From NCBI GenBank assembly GCA_947480335.1, contig CANKCB010000008.1:10741-74740 (forward strand): a DNA stretch of 64,000 nt, read 5' to 3'. A model generated the notes under the pieces. That model saw only the letters and a program-made list of their open reading frames with translations. It was not told where the DNA came from and ran no database searches. This document shows, in pieces, positions 11,485-21,952 of the stretch. Position 1 is the first letter of the stretch. Every line of letters begins with the position of its first letter. Source of the DNA: Gammaproteobacteria bacterium (lineage in GTDB: Bacteria; Pseudomonadota; Gammaproteobacteria; Eutrophobiales; Eutrophobiaceae). Both the position numbers and the translations under genes were made by a program.

Positions 11485-14106
11485 ATGAAGTCTTCAGCAA
11501 CATCGGCGATGCTTGTTATCACCGTTTGCGCTATTTTGACGGTCTGTGTCTGGGCAGTATTAAACCAGCCGGTCATGGAACCCCCTTGGCCTGAAACCCT
11601 GCAAGGCGTTGCCTTTTCTCCCTATCATGAAAATCAGGACGCTGTCGCCGGTATTACGCCGAGCGCCGAAGAAATTGATGCTGACTTGACGATGCTGGAA
11701 GGTAAAATCCATGCGGTGCGTACCTATACCAGCGAAGGCGTATTCGCTCAGGTCCCTGAACTGGCGGCCAAGCATAAAATCAATGTGACGGTCGGAGCGT
11801 GGATAGACCAGCGCCTCAAACACAATGACGAGGAAATCGATCGCGCCATCAAGTTGTCGCAACACCGGAATGTGGTACGTGTGATCGTCGGTAACGAAGT
11901 GTTGTTGCGTAACGATGTACCGATCGAAAAAATGTTTACCTATCTGGATCGGGCACGCAAAAAGATTTCCAGACCGGTCAGCACGGCCGAAACCTGGCAT
12001 ACCTGGATACAATATCCGGAACTGGCTGATCATGTCGATTTTATTGCCGTGCATATTCTGCCGTTCTGGGAAGGTCTGGATGTGGCAGAGTCCGTAAAAT
12101 TCGTATCGGAAAAGATGGATCTGTTAAAGGCCACATTCCCCGACAAGGAAATCGTGATTGGTGAAGTAGGCTGGCCCAGCGAAGGACGTACCCGTTATAA
12201 CGCGGTCGCCTCGGAATCGAATGAAGCACTATTTTTGCGGCGTTTCTTCAAGTTGGCCGATCATGAAGACTATATCTATTACGTCATGGAAGTATTTGAC
12301 CAGCCCTGGAAAATAAAAATAGAAGGTGCCGTCGGTGCCTACTGGGGTATCTATGATGTCCAACGTCAGCCAAAATTCCCGTTCAATGAACCGATCGTCA
12401 GAATTCCGGAATGGCAAACTCTGGCCGGTGTATCCGTGTTTGTTGGCATCATTCTGCTTAGTCTATTTTCCTTTACCAGCCGTACAGTCAATACCGAGGG
12501 TAAGACTTTTCTGGCACTGATTGTCTATACACTCGTTACTGTGTCAGCCTGGGTGATTTATGACTACACCAACCAGTATCTGACCAACACCAGTATTGCT
12601 GTGGGTATTCTGATGCTGATTTGTATGCTCGGTATCATTCTGTGTATGTTGTCTGAAGCGCATGAGTGGATTGAAGCGCACTGGATCAGTGGACGTCGAC
12701 GTGTCTATATCTACAAGAATACTGAGACGGAAACCTATCCGAAAGTATCTGTGCATGTGCCGGCTTATAATGAACCACCGGATATGATGATCGAAACCCT
12801 GAATGCACTGGCGGATCTGGATTATCCAAATTTTGAAGTGATTGTGATTGATAACAATACCAAGGATGAAACGGTGTGGAAACCGGTTGAGGCGCATTGC
12901 GCCTTGCTGGGTGAACGTTTTAAATTCTTTCACGTGGATCCGTTGTCCGGGTTCAAGGCCGGTGCACTGAATTATGCAATGAAGCATACCGCCGCCGATG
13001 TCGAGATTCTGGCCTATATCGATAGTGATTATGTGGTCGATCGAAGCTGGCTGAAAAACATGGTGCCGGCTTTTAATGAGAGCAAGGTGGCGATTGTACA
13101 GGCACCTCAGGACTACCGTGATGCAAAGGAAAATGCATTCAAGGCAATGTGCTATGCCGAGTACCGCGGGTTCTTCCATATAGGCATGATCACGCGCAAT
13201 GATCGCAATGCGATTATCCAGCATGGCACCATGACGATGGTACGCAAGAGCACGCTGGATGAAGTGGGCGGCTGGGCTGAATGGTGTATCACCGAAGATG
13301 CCGAGCTGGGTCTGCGTGTATTTCAAAAGGGCTATGAGGCTCATTACACCTCGAACAGTTATGGTCGCGGACTGATTCCCGATACCTTCATCGATTACAA
13401 GAAGCAGCGACATCGCTGGGCCTATGGTTCGGTGCAGATTATCAAGAAACATGCACGTACACTGTTTTTACCCGGTGGCAGCAAGCTGTCTGCCGGACAG
13501 CGTTATCATTTCGTTGCTGGCTGGTTGCCGTGGTTTGCTGACGGCGCCAACCTGATATTCAATATGTTCGCCATTCTGTGGTCTGTCGGCATGATGTATA
13601 AACCACAGGTGTTTGAACCACCGTTGCTGGCATTCTCGGTATTACCGATTACCTTTTTCATGTTCAAGATGGCCAAGCTGTTTCATCTGTATCGACAGCA
13701 GATCGGTGCGAGTATGATCCAGACCATTGCGGCGGCCATTGCCGGATTATCACTGACCCATACAATAGGTCAGGCCATGTTGTACGGCTTGTTTACCAAT
13801 AATCAGCCATTTATTCGTACACCGAAACGTTCCAATCCGTCTGCATTAACCAGTGCGCTGACATCCGCCTATGAAGAGACACTATTGTTGATTGCCTTTG
13901 TGCTGGCAATCCTGACGCTGAAAACGGTACCGCACGTGGACAGTCCTGATTACCATATGTGGATAGCGCTGATGGGTATGCAATGCATACCCTATGGTGC
14001 AACCTTGCTGACATCATTGATTAGCGTCGCTCCGATTCCTTCCTGGCTGATTGGTCAGGTGATGGAGAAAAAAAGTAATCTGGCTGCCCAGCCGAGAAAG
14101 GGTTAG
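11485..14106 (+). CDS. bifunctional GH17 glycoside hydrolase-like + GT2 glycosyltransferase (NdvB-like cyclic beta-1,3-glucan synthase architecture)
   Basis: 873 aa. N-terminal signal/anchor, then GH17 motifs (VGNEVLL, GEVGWPS). TM segments, then GT2 domain (VHVPAYNEPPDMMIETLNAL, IDNNTKD, DSDYVVD, QAPQDY). C-terminal TM helices. Confidence 0.75.
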   Translation: MKSSATSAMLVITVCAILTVCVWAVLNQPVMEPPWPETLQGVAFSPYHENQDAVAGITPSAEEIDADLTMLEGKIHAVRTYTSEGVFAQVPELAAKHKINVTVGAWIDQRLKHNDEEIDRAIKLSQHRNVVRVIVGNEVLLRNDVPIEKMFTYLDRARKKISRPVSTAETWHTWIQYPELADHVDFIAVHILPFWEGLDVAESVKFVSEKMDLLKATFPDKEIVIGEVGWPSEGRTRYNAVASESNEALFLRRFFKLADHEDYIYYVMEVFDQPWKIKIEGAVGAYWGIYDVQRQPKFPFNEPIVRIPEWQTLAGVSVFVGIILLSLFSFTSRTVNTEGKTFLALIVYTLVTVSAWVIYDYTNQYLTNTSIAVGILMLICMLGIILCMLSEAHEWIEAHWISGRRRVYIYKNTETETYPKVSVHVPAYNEPPDMMIETLNALADLDYPNFEVIVIDNNTKDETVWKPVEAHCALLGERFKFFHVDPLSGFKAGALNYAMKHTAADVEILAYIDSDYVVDRSWLKNMVPAFNESKVAIVQAPQDYRDAKENAFKAMCYAEYRGFFHIGMITRNDRNAIIQHGTMTMVRKSTLDEVGGWAEWCITEDAELGLRVFQKGYEAHYTSNSYGRGLIPDTFIDYKKQRHRWAYGSVQIIKKHARTLFLPGGSKLSAGQRYHFVAGWLPWFADGANLIFNMFAILWSVGMMYKPQVFEPPLLAFSVLPITFFMFKMAKLFHLYRQQIGASMIQTIAAAIAGLSLTHTIGQAMLYGLFTNNQPFIRTPKRSNPSALTSALTSAYEETLLLIAFVLAILTLKTVPHVDSPDYHMWIALMGMQCIPYGATLLTSLISVAPIPSWLIGQVMEKKSNLAAQPRKG

Positions 14107-14158
14107 TTACACATCATTGCAGTTCCTGATGACCGGAGTCTTCGGTCAGGAGTGGCGT

Positions 14159-14737
14159 ATGCAAATGGATACCAACGAATCAGCTACACCTGCCTACGCC
14201 CAGATCCAGCTGGAGCTGAAAAACATCAACCAGTTGTTTCATTCAATGGATCCGTCCCCGTTTCGGGAAAAGGATCTGGATTTGAATGCTGAAGAGTTTA
14301 TTGTTTCCTGGGCCAGGGAGTTGCCTGACAGTGACAAGTTCCAGCTAAAAATTCATCTGACCGATCTGTCTGCCAGCAGTCGTGACAGTCGCGAGATTGG
14401 TGAAGCCGTAAGAAATTATTTCAATTACCGTGCCGATCAGTATGCATTGCGTAAACGTGAGCTGTTGCGTGAAGGCTGGCAAAATCTCGGCATTGGTCTG
14501 TCTTTTCTCGCGACCTGTCTGTTTATTGCCAGATCGTTATTACAGTTTGGCAATAGCGCCCTGATTGCGATTGCCCATGAAAGTCTGATTATCGGTGGCT
14601 GGGTGGCAATGTGGCGGCCTATGCAAATATTTCTGTATGACCGATGGCCGATCAGCCGTATGCAAACCTTGTATCAACGTCTGGGTAATATGGACGTGAT
14701 TGTGGTGAAAAAGGACAGTGAATCCTCCAGTTTGTAA
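14159..14737 (+). CDS. hypothetical protein with two C-terminal TM helices, downstream of the glucan synthase
   Basis: ATG at 14159 preceded by AGGAG. 192 aa. No recognisable family. Probably co-transcribed with the upstream gene. Confidence 0.4.
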   Translation: MQMDTNESATPAYAQIQLELKNINQLFHSMDPSPFREKDLDLNAEEFIVSWARELPDSDKFQLKIHLTDLSASSRDSREIGEAVRNYFNYRADQYALRKRELLREGWQNLGIGLSFLATCLFIARSLLQFGNSALIAIAHESLIIGGWVAMWRPMQIFLYDRWPISRMQTLYQRLGNMDVIVVKKDSESSSL

Positions 14738-14746
14738 GCGTACCAG

Positions 14747-16003
14747 TCATAACCAGCCGGGAACGATCAGGACCAGCCAGACCAGCAGTGGGCCGACCGC
14801 CACCACGATACCGCTGTAGATAAGCATTTGCCGGTAGAAACGATCCTTGTCTTTGTCCTGGGTGTTTGCTACCACCAGTGCGCCATTGGTTGAGAACGGA
14901 CTGACATCAACGATGGTTGAGGCAACCGCGATTGCGGAAACCACGCCTACTGCGCCTATGTGACCCTGCAACAGAAACGGTACAGCCAACGGGATAGTGG
15001 CGCCGAGCACGGCAACGGAAGAGGCAAACGCAGAAACGATACCACCGATATAGCAGAGCAATAAGGCGCCCAACAGCGGTATGCCGATACTGGTCACACT
15101 GTTGCCTGCCATTTCCACAGCGCCCACTTTTTGCAATACCGCAATATAGGTAATGACTCCGGTAATCAATAACACAGTAGACCAGCTCACCTGATCCACC
15201 GCATTTTTCTGTTCGTTGGGAGAGAGTAAAGCCAGAAACACGGCGACAGATATGGCCACTAATCCAACGTTCAGTTCAAAGGCCAGCGAGCCGATGCCCA
15301 ATACCACCAGACCAGTCAGGGTGCACCAGCGATGAAAGTTTAGTCCGCTGTTTGCAGCAGGCGCCGCGTTATCACCCGTGTCAGTAGTTTGTGCCGAGGC
15401 GTGTAATGCACGATGTCCACCGAAGTAGAAATAGATGGCAATGGCGATTAGCAGATTGATCAACAGGCTCGACATGAACAGGGTAAGTTCGTCACCCGGT
15501 AATTGGGCCTTGGCCACAACCTGATTGGTAATGCTGCCGTAAATACTGATTGGGGAAAAACCTCCGGCCTGGGCACCGTGGATCACCATCAAGCCCATTA
15601 ACAACGGGCTGATGCGATACTGATGGGCAAAGCGCAAGGCGATGGGGGCTATAATCGCAACCGCGCCAGGGCTGACCGCGCCCACACTGGTCAGGATGCC
15701 GGTGACAGTAAACATGATCCAGGGCATGGCGGCGATATGACCACGCACCAGCCAGACAGCCTTATGTACCAGCCAGTCTATCGTGCCGTTTTTCTGGGCA
15801 ATCGCAAACAGGTAGGTAATGCCGACCAGCGTGACAAACAGGTCGCCCGGAAACCCGGCGAAAATGTCCTTCGGTGCCATTTCTGCCAGTGCGCCGATTG
15901 CAAATGCCCCGACAAAGGCAAGCGCACCCATATTGATGGGCAGTGCGGTGGCTATGACAAACATGATGACAAGACCAGTAATGGCGGCTAATTCGATAGA
16001 CAT
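14747..16003 (-). CDS. polytopic permease, ion-transporter superfamily (GntP/CitMHS-like)
   Basis: 418 aa, about 11-12 TM helices, Gly/Ala-rich. Family assignment uncertain. Confidence 0.55.
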   Translation of the reverse strand: MSIELAAITGLVIMFVIATALPINMGALAFVGAFAIGALAEMAPKDIFAGFPGDLFVTLVGITYLFAIAQKNGTIDWLVHKAVWLVRGHIAAMPWIMFTVTGILTSVGAVSPGAVAIIAPIALRFAHQYRISPLLMGLMVIHGAQAGGFSPISIYGSITNQVVAKAQLPGDELTLFMSSLLINLLIAIAIYFYFGGHRALHASAQTTDTGDNAAPAANSGLNFHRWCTLTGLVVLGIGSLAFELNVGLVAISVAVFLALLSPNEQKNAVDQVSWSTVLLITGVITYIAVLQKVGAVEMAGNSVTSIGIPLLGALLLCYIGGIVSAFASSVAVLGATIPLAVPFLLQGHIGAVGVVSAIAVASTIVDVSPFSTNGALVVANTQDKDKDRFYRQMLIYSGIVVAVGPLLVWLVLIVPGWL

Positions 16004-16146
16004 GATTTGATCCCTCCCTGTGCGCTATTCTACCGATCTTTCTGATTATTAATAGAAGTGCCACGATGGCAGGGCAGGATACTTCCTGTCCGGGTCGCTT
16101 GTGCTATTATTTGCCTATATAGACCCATAATGTACACCGGGTCAGG

Positions 16147-16851
16147 ATGCAGGAGGAACTTGCTGTGGCCCAGGAAAGCACTTCAATTCAGACCAGCGCG
16201 GAATCAGTGACCGATGCCACTGACAATCTGGCGCTGGTCGAGACCATACTCTGGGAGAAATGTTGCGGGTTCTGGTTATTGCCGGAACATTTGCAACGAC
16301 TCAAGGCCTCTGCTGACCATTTTTCATTTGCGTATAACGAAAGCCGCATACTGGCGCAACTGGATGAGGTGGTGAAAAAGCTTAAATGCGATAGCCTGGT
16401 CCGGCTGGAGTTTTTTCGGGACGGCGTCATCAATCTGTCTACTACGCCCTCGAATGCGAATCGGGAACCGGTTAAAGCCTCTCCTGCCAGACAACCCGTT
16501 GATTCACTGAACGTGTGGTTGCGGCACAGTACCAGTCGACGCGAGCAGTATGATCAGACCATTGTCGGCATCACTGGTGTTGATGAAGTATTATTGTGGA
16601 ACGAGCAGGGAGAGGTAATCGGATCAACCACGTCGAATCTGGTTTTTGAACTGAATGGGCAGTACTACACCCCGCCGCTCGAATGCGGGGTGATGCCCGG
16701 AGTGTATCGGGCCAGCCTGATACAGCAAGGCCGCTTGCAGGAGCGCCGTATTCATTTGGATGAACTGGCGTCCTGCAACAGTATCTATCTGATCAACTCT
16801 GCCATCGGCTGGCGCGAAGTGAACCTGGTTGAGCCAAAGGTTACAGTCTAG
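16147..16851 (+). CDS. aminotransferase class IV fold protein (aminodeoxychorismate lyase PabC-like)
   Basis: 234 aa. Weak but consistent similarity to the PabC core (ILWEK..., LLWNEQGEVIGSTTSNLVFELNGQYYTPPLECGVMPGV). Overlaps the TonB receptor stop convergently by 4 nt. Confidence 0.5.
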   Translation: MQEELAVAQESTSIQTSAESVTDATDNLALVETILWEKCCGFWLLPEHLQRLKASADHFSFAYNESRILAQLDEVVKKLKCDSLVRLEFFRDGVINLSTTPSNANREPVKASPARQPVDSLNVWLRHSTSRREQYDQTIVGITGVDEVLLWNEQGEVIGSTTSNLVFELNGQYYTPPLECGVMPGVYRASLIQQGRLQERRIHLDELASCNSIYLINSAIGWREVNLVEPKVTV

Positions 16852-18965
16852 AAGTTGCCGCTGACAGAAATGAAGAAGCGTGAGCCATCGTTGCGATCTC
16901 GGATGATGGTCCGTTTCAACGGAGTCAGACCACGCAATCCGGTATAAATATAACGATCACGCGACTGGTTCACGTTCAACATATTCTGGCCTTCGAGGCG
17001 GATCTTCAGACCCCAGTAGCGGGTAGTTTCAATAAAGGTATTCACATCCGTACTTTCGTCGAATACTTCCAGTTCATTGACCTTGAACCGTGGGCGTTCA
17101 CGCCGTTCACGTACATCGCCACCCCAGGATATTTTCGCTTCACGAAAATCCTGTCTTAACTTGACCACGGTAATCAGCTGTATCTCTTCCCGAAACGGGA
17201 ATGGTCTGGGAAAGCCACCAACGGAGCTGAGTACACGGGATTCACCGGTGACAGGATCGGTTACCGAAGAATCCTGCCAGCGTAACTGGAAATCCAGACG
17301 ACTGCCGACCAGACCAAGCCAGGTTAAGGGGACGGCGCTTTCCAGTTCCACGCCCCAGCGACGGCCATCACCGATATTGCCCGGTACTTCAAATTCATTC
17401 GTCAGGGGTAACAGATCCTGTACGTCTTTTATCCAGTGGTAAAATCCGGTCAGTTTAAGTACGCCGATTTCGCCAAATCGCAACTCATGACTGAGCTCGC
17501 TGATCCAGGTGGTTTCGGGACTCAGGTTCGGGTTGCCGAGTGCCAGATCGTTGTCCTCGAATACCGCCGTGCTGACAAATTCATTGAAATCCAGCTGTGC
17601 CACTTCACGGACCAGACGCAAGCGTGTCAGCGACTTGTCTTCTGTTGAATAGGTAATCATCGCCATCGGTTTGAGGAAAAAGAAATCACGCTTTTCTACG
17701 GCATCACCGGTCTGGGATATTTGCGAGACTTCACCCCCCATACCATAATCCAGATCCACATTGCCGAGCGTCCAGGTATCCTGCACCATGAAGTCTCCGC
17801 GTGATTCTTTCACCGTGGTGTTTGAACCGGGTATGTCCACTTCCAGTGGTCCAGGGCCCGTATCGGCGGTTTGCAGCAGCGCATTTTCAAGTACGTTCCA
17901 GGCAGCTTCGAAGTTAGCCTGAATCGCATGGTTGCTCCATCTGGCCCAGTCAAATTCGAGGCGGGTAATCACCTCCCTGGTAATGGTTTGCTTGTCGGCT
18001 ATCGTTTCTTCTGTACGCCGGTTGTTTTGATCAAATACCAGTTCATCATCGAGATTGTCCGAATCCTTGTACGACAACAGCAGGATTGCCTTACCCAACA
18101 GATCTTTTTGTAAAAGGCGTTCAACATCCGTACCAAATTCAAACCGTTTCACCAGCGGATCACCATCGGTGGCTTCACGTCCGGTCTTACCACCGGGAAG
18201 TTCCGGAAATTTGTGTGATGCCAGATGGGTGATACGCTTTTCCACAAACAGTTCTGAATTCAGATGCACAAAATTTTCACCGATCCAGGTTGAGGCATTC
18301 AGTGTTCCGTCACCATTGAAAGAGCGGTTATTGAAACGATCAAAGGTCGAATCCGTGAGCACTCCACTACCGTTATAAATCAGATCATTACCATCTTCAC
18401 CGGAGCTGCCACTGCGGCCCTTGATTCCGGCGTTGTATTCAATATCACCCCATCGATCGGACAGCGAAACACTGACATCATAGGTAGGAGGAAATACTGA
18501 AAAATTGTCGCGCATCGAAATTTCCCATCGTGCGGTTGCCGGTGCGTCGGCACGCAGGATGACATTGGCGACAAAAGCATGACCCTGCAGGTCTATATTG
18601 CGAACCTGACCACGAATCAACTCAACCCGTTCGACCTGGTTTGCAGGAATCCTGCCAAGAATTTGAGAAGGCAAATCCTGCTTCGCACTGGGGCGGCGGT
18701 CATTAATCAATACATTACCAACTGCACCACCGAATCCACGCTCGCTGTCACCATTGTTCAGGGTGAACCCTGGAATCTGGTTGACGATATCCAGCGCGGT
18801 TCGTGGTTGATACTGATCAAAAAATGAAACAGGAAAATCGACGATTTGTGCATCGGCCGGAGCATCTGGTACGGCTGGTGTCGAAGGCGCGTTCGTCTGT
18901 GCCTGTACACCCAGCATGCTGATAGTAAAAAGAATTGAAAAGAGTACTGATTGATACAATGACAT
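16848..18965 (-). CDS. TonB-dependent outer-membrane receptor
   Basis: 705 aa. Signal peptide MSLYQSVLFSILFTISMLGVQAQ. Plug/beta-barrel-type composition. C-terminal aromatic residue (...SGNF). Confidence 0.8.
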   Translation of the reverse strand: MSLYQSVLFSILFTISMLGVQAQTNAPSTPAVPDAPADAQIVDFPVSFFDQYQPRTALDIVNQIPGFTLNNGDSERGFGGAVGNVLINDRRPSAKQDLPSQILGRIPANQVERVELIRGQVRNIDLQGHAFVANVILRADAPATARWEISMRDNFSVFPPTYDVSVSLSDRWGDIEYNAGIKGRSGSSGEDGNDLIYNGSGVLTDSTFDRFNNRSFNGDGTLNASTWIGENFVHLNSELFVEKRITHLASHKFPELPGGKTGREATDGDPLVKRFEFGTDVERLLQKDLLGKAILLLSYKDSDNLDDELVFDQNNRRTEETIADKQTITREVITRLEFDWARWSNHAIQANFEAAWNVLENALLQTADTGPGPLEVDIPGSNTTVKESRGDFMVQDTWTLGNVDLDYGMGGEVSQISQTGDAVEKRDFFFLKPMAMITYSTEDKSLTRLRLVREVAQLDFNEFVSTAVFEDNDLALGNPNLSPETTWISELSHELRFGEIGVLKLTGFYHWIKDVQDLLPLTNEFEVPGNIGDGRRWGVELESAVPLTWLGLVGSRLDFQLRWQDSSVTDPVTGESRVLSSVGGFPRPFPFREEIQLITVVKLRQDFREAKISWGGDVRERRERPRFKVNELEVFDESTDVNTFIETTRYWGLKIRLEGQNMLNVNQSRDRYIYTGLRGLTPLKRTIIRDRNDGSRFFISVSGNF

Positions 18966-19113
18966 TGATGAGCCCCCGCAGACCGCTATGAAGTGGCGAT
19001 CATAACCGATTAAATGAAAGAAAGGTTTAGTCCAAAAAGTAAATAATGTGAATTATGCCTGTAGTAGCCGAACTAGTTGTAACAGCCCAACGAGTGAAAT
19101 GAAACTGAAGTTT

Positions 19114-20091
19114 CTATTTTATCGCGTTGTAAAAATTGGCGGCACTGACAATCGAAATCAATACGCCGACCATGATTAACAGCGTTTTAGCATGTACCTT
19201 GCGAGTCAGCAAGGCTGCAAATGGTGCGGCAAATACACCTCCCAGCACCAGTCCAACCACTATTGGCCACGGGCCGCTTCCCACCAGCACGGAAAAGGCA
19301 ATTGCACTGCCAAAGGTCAGGAAGAACTCGGCAAAATTTACCGAGCCTATCGTCATTCTGGGATCATGGCCTGAACCGATTAATGTGGTGGTTACCACCG
19401 GTCCCCAGCCACCGCCGCCAACGGAGTCAACAAATCCACCAAATAGCGCCAGCTTGGCCACATGTTTTGGTTCGTCCTGTGTGGGTTGATAATGATGAAA
19501 AATCTTGCTGACCAGATACAGACCCATAATGACCAGATACCCCGAAATATAGGGCTTCAATACGTCACCATCGATGGAGGAAACAAAATAGGCACCACTG
19601 ATTGCGCCAATCAGTCCCGGTATCAATAATCGAAAAAATAATTTCGGGTTCACATTTTTCATGCGGATGTGGGAAAGGCCAGATACACCAGTAGTAAACA
19701 CCTCGGCGATATGGACACTGGCGGTTGCGATCGCAGGGGAGATACCCGAAGCGAGCAGAAATGTATTGGAGGTAATGCCATATGCCATACCGAGCGCACC
19801 ATCAATAGTCTGGGCCACAACCCCCACTAATACGGCACTCCAGAACACCTTGCTGGTCAAGGCGTCCATAACCAGTGATTCGGCACTCGCCACACTGCCG
19901 GAAAAATTGAAAAAGCGCAGTAACAAATAGCCTACGGCGGATAACAACATGAACGCGGCCAGCCAGGCAAACAGTTTCAACACTGGATGATCGCCCGGGT
20001 GCAATACGGCTTCTTCTACCGGCGGTAGGCCCAGCTCCTGATGTTCTTCATTGACCGGGTCCGGTGACAGATCCAGATTACGCAACTTCAT
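19114..20091 (-). CDS. sulfite-exporter TauE/SafE family membrane protein
   Basis: 325 aa, two homologous 4-TM halves, GGG motif (VGGGGWGPVV). Confidence 0.7.
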   Translation of the reverse strand: MKLRNLDLSPDPVNEEHQELGLPPVEEAVLHPGDHPVLKLFAWLAAFMLLSAVGYLLLRFFNFSGSVASAESLVMDALTSKVFWSAVLVGVVAQTIDGALGMAYGITSNTFLLASGISPAIATASVHIAEVFTTGVSGLSHIRMKNVNPKLFFRLLIPGLIGAISGAYFVSSIDGDVLKPYISGYLVIMGLYLVSKIFHHYQPTQDEPKHVAKLALFGGFVDSVGGGGWGPVVTTTLIGSGHDPRMTIGSVNFAEFFLTFGSAIAFSVLVGSGPWPIVVGLVLGGVFAAPFAALLTRKVHAKTLLIMVGVLISIVSAANFYNAIK

Positions 20092-20291
20092 GCCGTTTTG
20101 AATTCCGTGTGGTTAATTCCAGCGCGGCAGTGTATGTGAGTTTAAAAGCAGATAACAATACCGTAAGAATATATTGATATAGCTTTCCGCTATGGAATGT
20201 CTACTACTGAACCGGGTGAAAAACTGGGTCTTTCCACGGTTTTTAGCATAATATCAGTCTAACAAGCCAGTCAGACAGGTATCATAGTTTA

Positions 20292-21053
20292 ATGAATCAG
20301 CCAGCCATTAACCGGGTTCCCCATATTATCCTGTTGTACTGGGTCATCAAGATTGCCTCAACCACGCTCGGCGAAACCGGGGCAGACATGTTCTCAATGA
20401 CCTTTGAACTCGGCTATGGCACCACGATCAGTCTGTTCATGATCATTTTTATCGGTCTGCTCGGGATCAAGCTGGCCTTGCGACGTTATGAACCGGCCAG
20501 TTACTGGCTGACGTTTACCGCCAGTGCGATTGTCGGCACGGCGATATCGGATTATATCGATCGTACTCTGGAGCTGGGTTATTTGACTGGATCGGCAGTA
20601 TTGTTGTGCCTGCTATTGGTGATATTGTTGGTGTGGTATCTGAAAGAAAAATCCTTGTCGGTTGAATCCATTACCACGGCCTCTGCCGAATGTTTTTACT
20701 GGCTCGCTTTTCTGGTAGCCAATACGCTGGGTACGGCGCTGGGTGATTATCTGGCCGACAGTCTGGAACTGGGATTCATGGTCAGTGCCGGCCTGATAAC
20801 CGGTCTGCTGATCCTGACCGCACTGCTACATTTCTACACAAGGGTCTCTACGATAACATTGTTCTGGATTGCGTTTGTGCTGACCCGACCCTTTGGTGCG
20901 ACTTTTGGTGACCTGCTGACTAAATCACAGGAAGCAGGTGGACTTGGTCTGGGGACGATAGGTACATCCCTGTTTTTTGCAGTGGCTATGGGAATTGCGC
21001 TGTATCAGGAAATAAAAATAGAGAAAACCCGAAAGTTCAACCAGTTGTTCTAG
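20292..21053 (+). CDS. uncharacterized polytopic membrane protein with four internal repeats
   Basis: 253 aa. A G-x-x-x-D-x5-LELG[YF] motif followed by a TM helix occurs 4 times (TTLGETGADMFSMTFELGY, GTAISDYIDRTLELGY, GTALGDYLADSLELGF, GATFGDLLTKSQEAGG). Confidence 0.5.
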   Translation: MNQPAINRVPHIILLYWVIKIASTTLGETGADMFSMTFELGYGTTISLFMIIFIGLLGIKLALRRYEPASYWLTFTASAIVGTAISDYIDRTLELGYLTGSAVLLCLLLVILLVWYLKEKSLSVESITTASAECFYWLAFLVANTLGTALGDYLADSLELGFMVSAGLITGLLILTALLHFYTRVSTITLFWIAFVLTRPFGATFGDLLTKSQEAGGLGLGTIGTSLFFAVAMGIALYQEIKIEKTRKFNQLF

Positions 21054-21085
21054 CGCAATACTTTCAACAGAGTGTTAGCCGGGTA

Positions 21086-21952
21086 TTAACGGTTCCGGCG
21101 CGGGTGAAACTGTGACACTCCCTTGAAACACCCTACTGTGTATGGATATTCCCAGGTGGCGTGGTAGTGATACAAGGTAGTCGTTTGTCCATCCCAGACG
21201 ATGGGGTGTTCATGGCCGTGACACTCATCCAGACTGGCATTGGTCAGTTCCTCTCCCTCAACGCCGCGTTTGCCATATATACCAAAACCATCAAAGGCAT
21301 AACCAATCAATTCCGAATGCGCTGAGCCTTCCTCCTGCAGGCAGCTGGTCATATTATGATAATGATAGGTCCCGTTTTGTGCGGGGTGTCCCTGACAACT
21401 GTCCAGAATTTCATGCGCCACCGCATCTTGACCATTCGCATCCAGCGCATTGAAAAACAATCCTCCGGTCAGGAGCACACCAATTGGACCCAGCGGGACA
21501 CAGCTGGCATGGATTGCCATGACAGGTAGCGTGGGTAATTCAACCACGATTGATTGTGCACGTATCGGATTCGGATTGGGAGAATACTGATAAGTCGGAT
21601 CGGACTTGCTCTTGGGAAATACCGCGGTTGGATGTGAGGGAAGCGCATTACCGCTCACCTTGCGACTATCGCCATCGACAGTAATGCTCAATTCATGTGG
21701 CCAGTTGACCACGCCACCGGCCGCTGGTTTGTTTAAAAAATCAAAAGTCCCATCATCACGTAACCAGGGGCCAGTGTGCACACGATGTGCCCCAAACCCT
21801 TCGGTACGACATGGCCAGACACTGCCTGATTGTGGTTGCGTGGATATATGACCATCACCGACTGGTAGTCGAGTCAGATCCGTACCAGCCGCTACCGTGG
21901 TGATGAAAAACAGTCCGGACAATAGCAGTCGTTCTAGCATGGGAGTCCTCAA
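21086..21952 (-). CDS. secreted YHYH-domain protein
   Basis: 288 aa. Signal peptide. Two YHYH motifs (GTYHYHNMT, TTLYHYHATWEYP). Confidence 0.65.
   Translation of the reverse strand: MRTPMLERLLLSGLFFITTVAAGTDLTRLPVGDGHISTQPQSGSVWPCRTEGFGAHRVHTGPWLRDDGTFDFLNKPAAGGVVNWPHELSITVDGDSRKVSGNALPSHPTAVFPKSKSDPTYQYSPNPNPIRAQSIVVELPTLPVMAIHASCVPLGPIGVLLTGGLFFNALDANGQDAVAHEILDSCQGHPAQNGTYHYHNMTSCLQEEGSAHSELIGYAFDGFGIYGKRGVEGEELTNASLDECHGHEHPIVWDGQTTTLYHYHATWEYPYTVGCFKGVSQFHPRRNR

Noticed and set aside
12544-13452. 302-aa antisense ORF inside the GT2 domain of the glucan synthase gene
   Set aside because: Overlaps a well-supported CDS on the other strand. Low-complexity His/Ile-rich translation with no recognisable motif. 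Typical shadow ORF.
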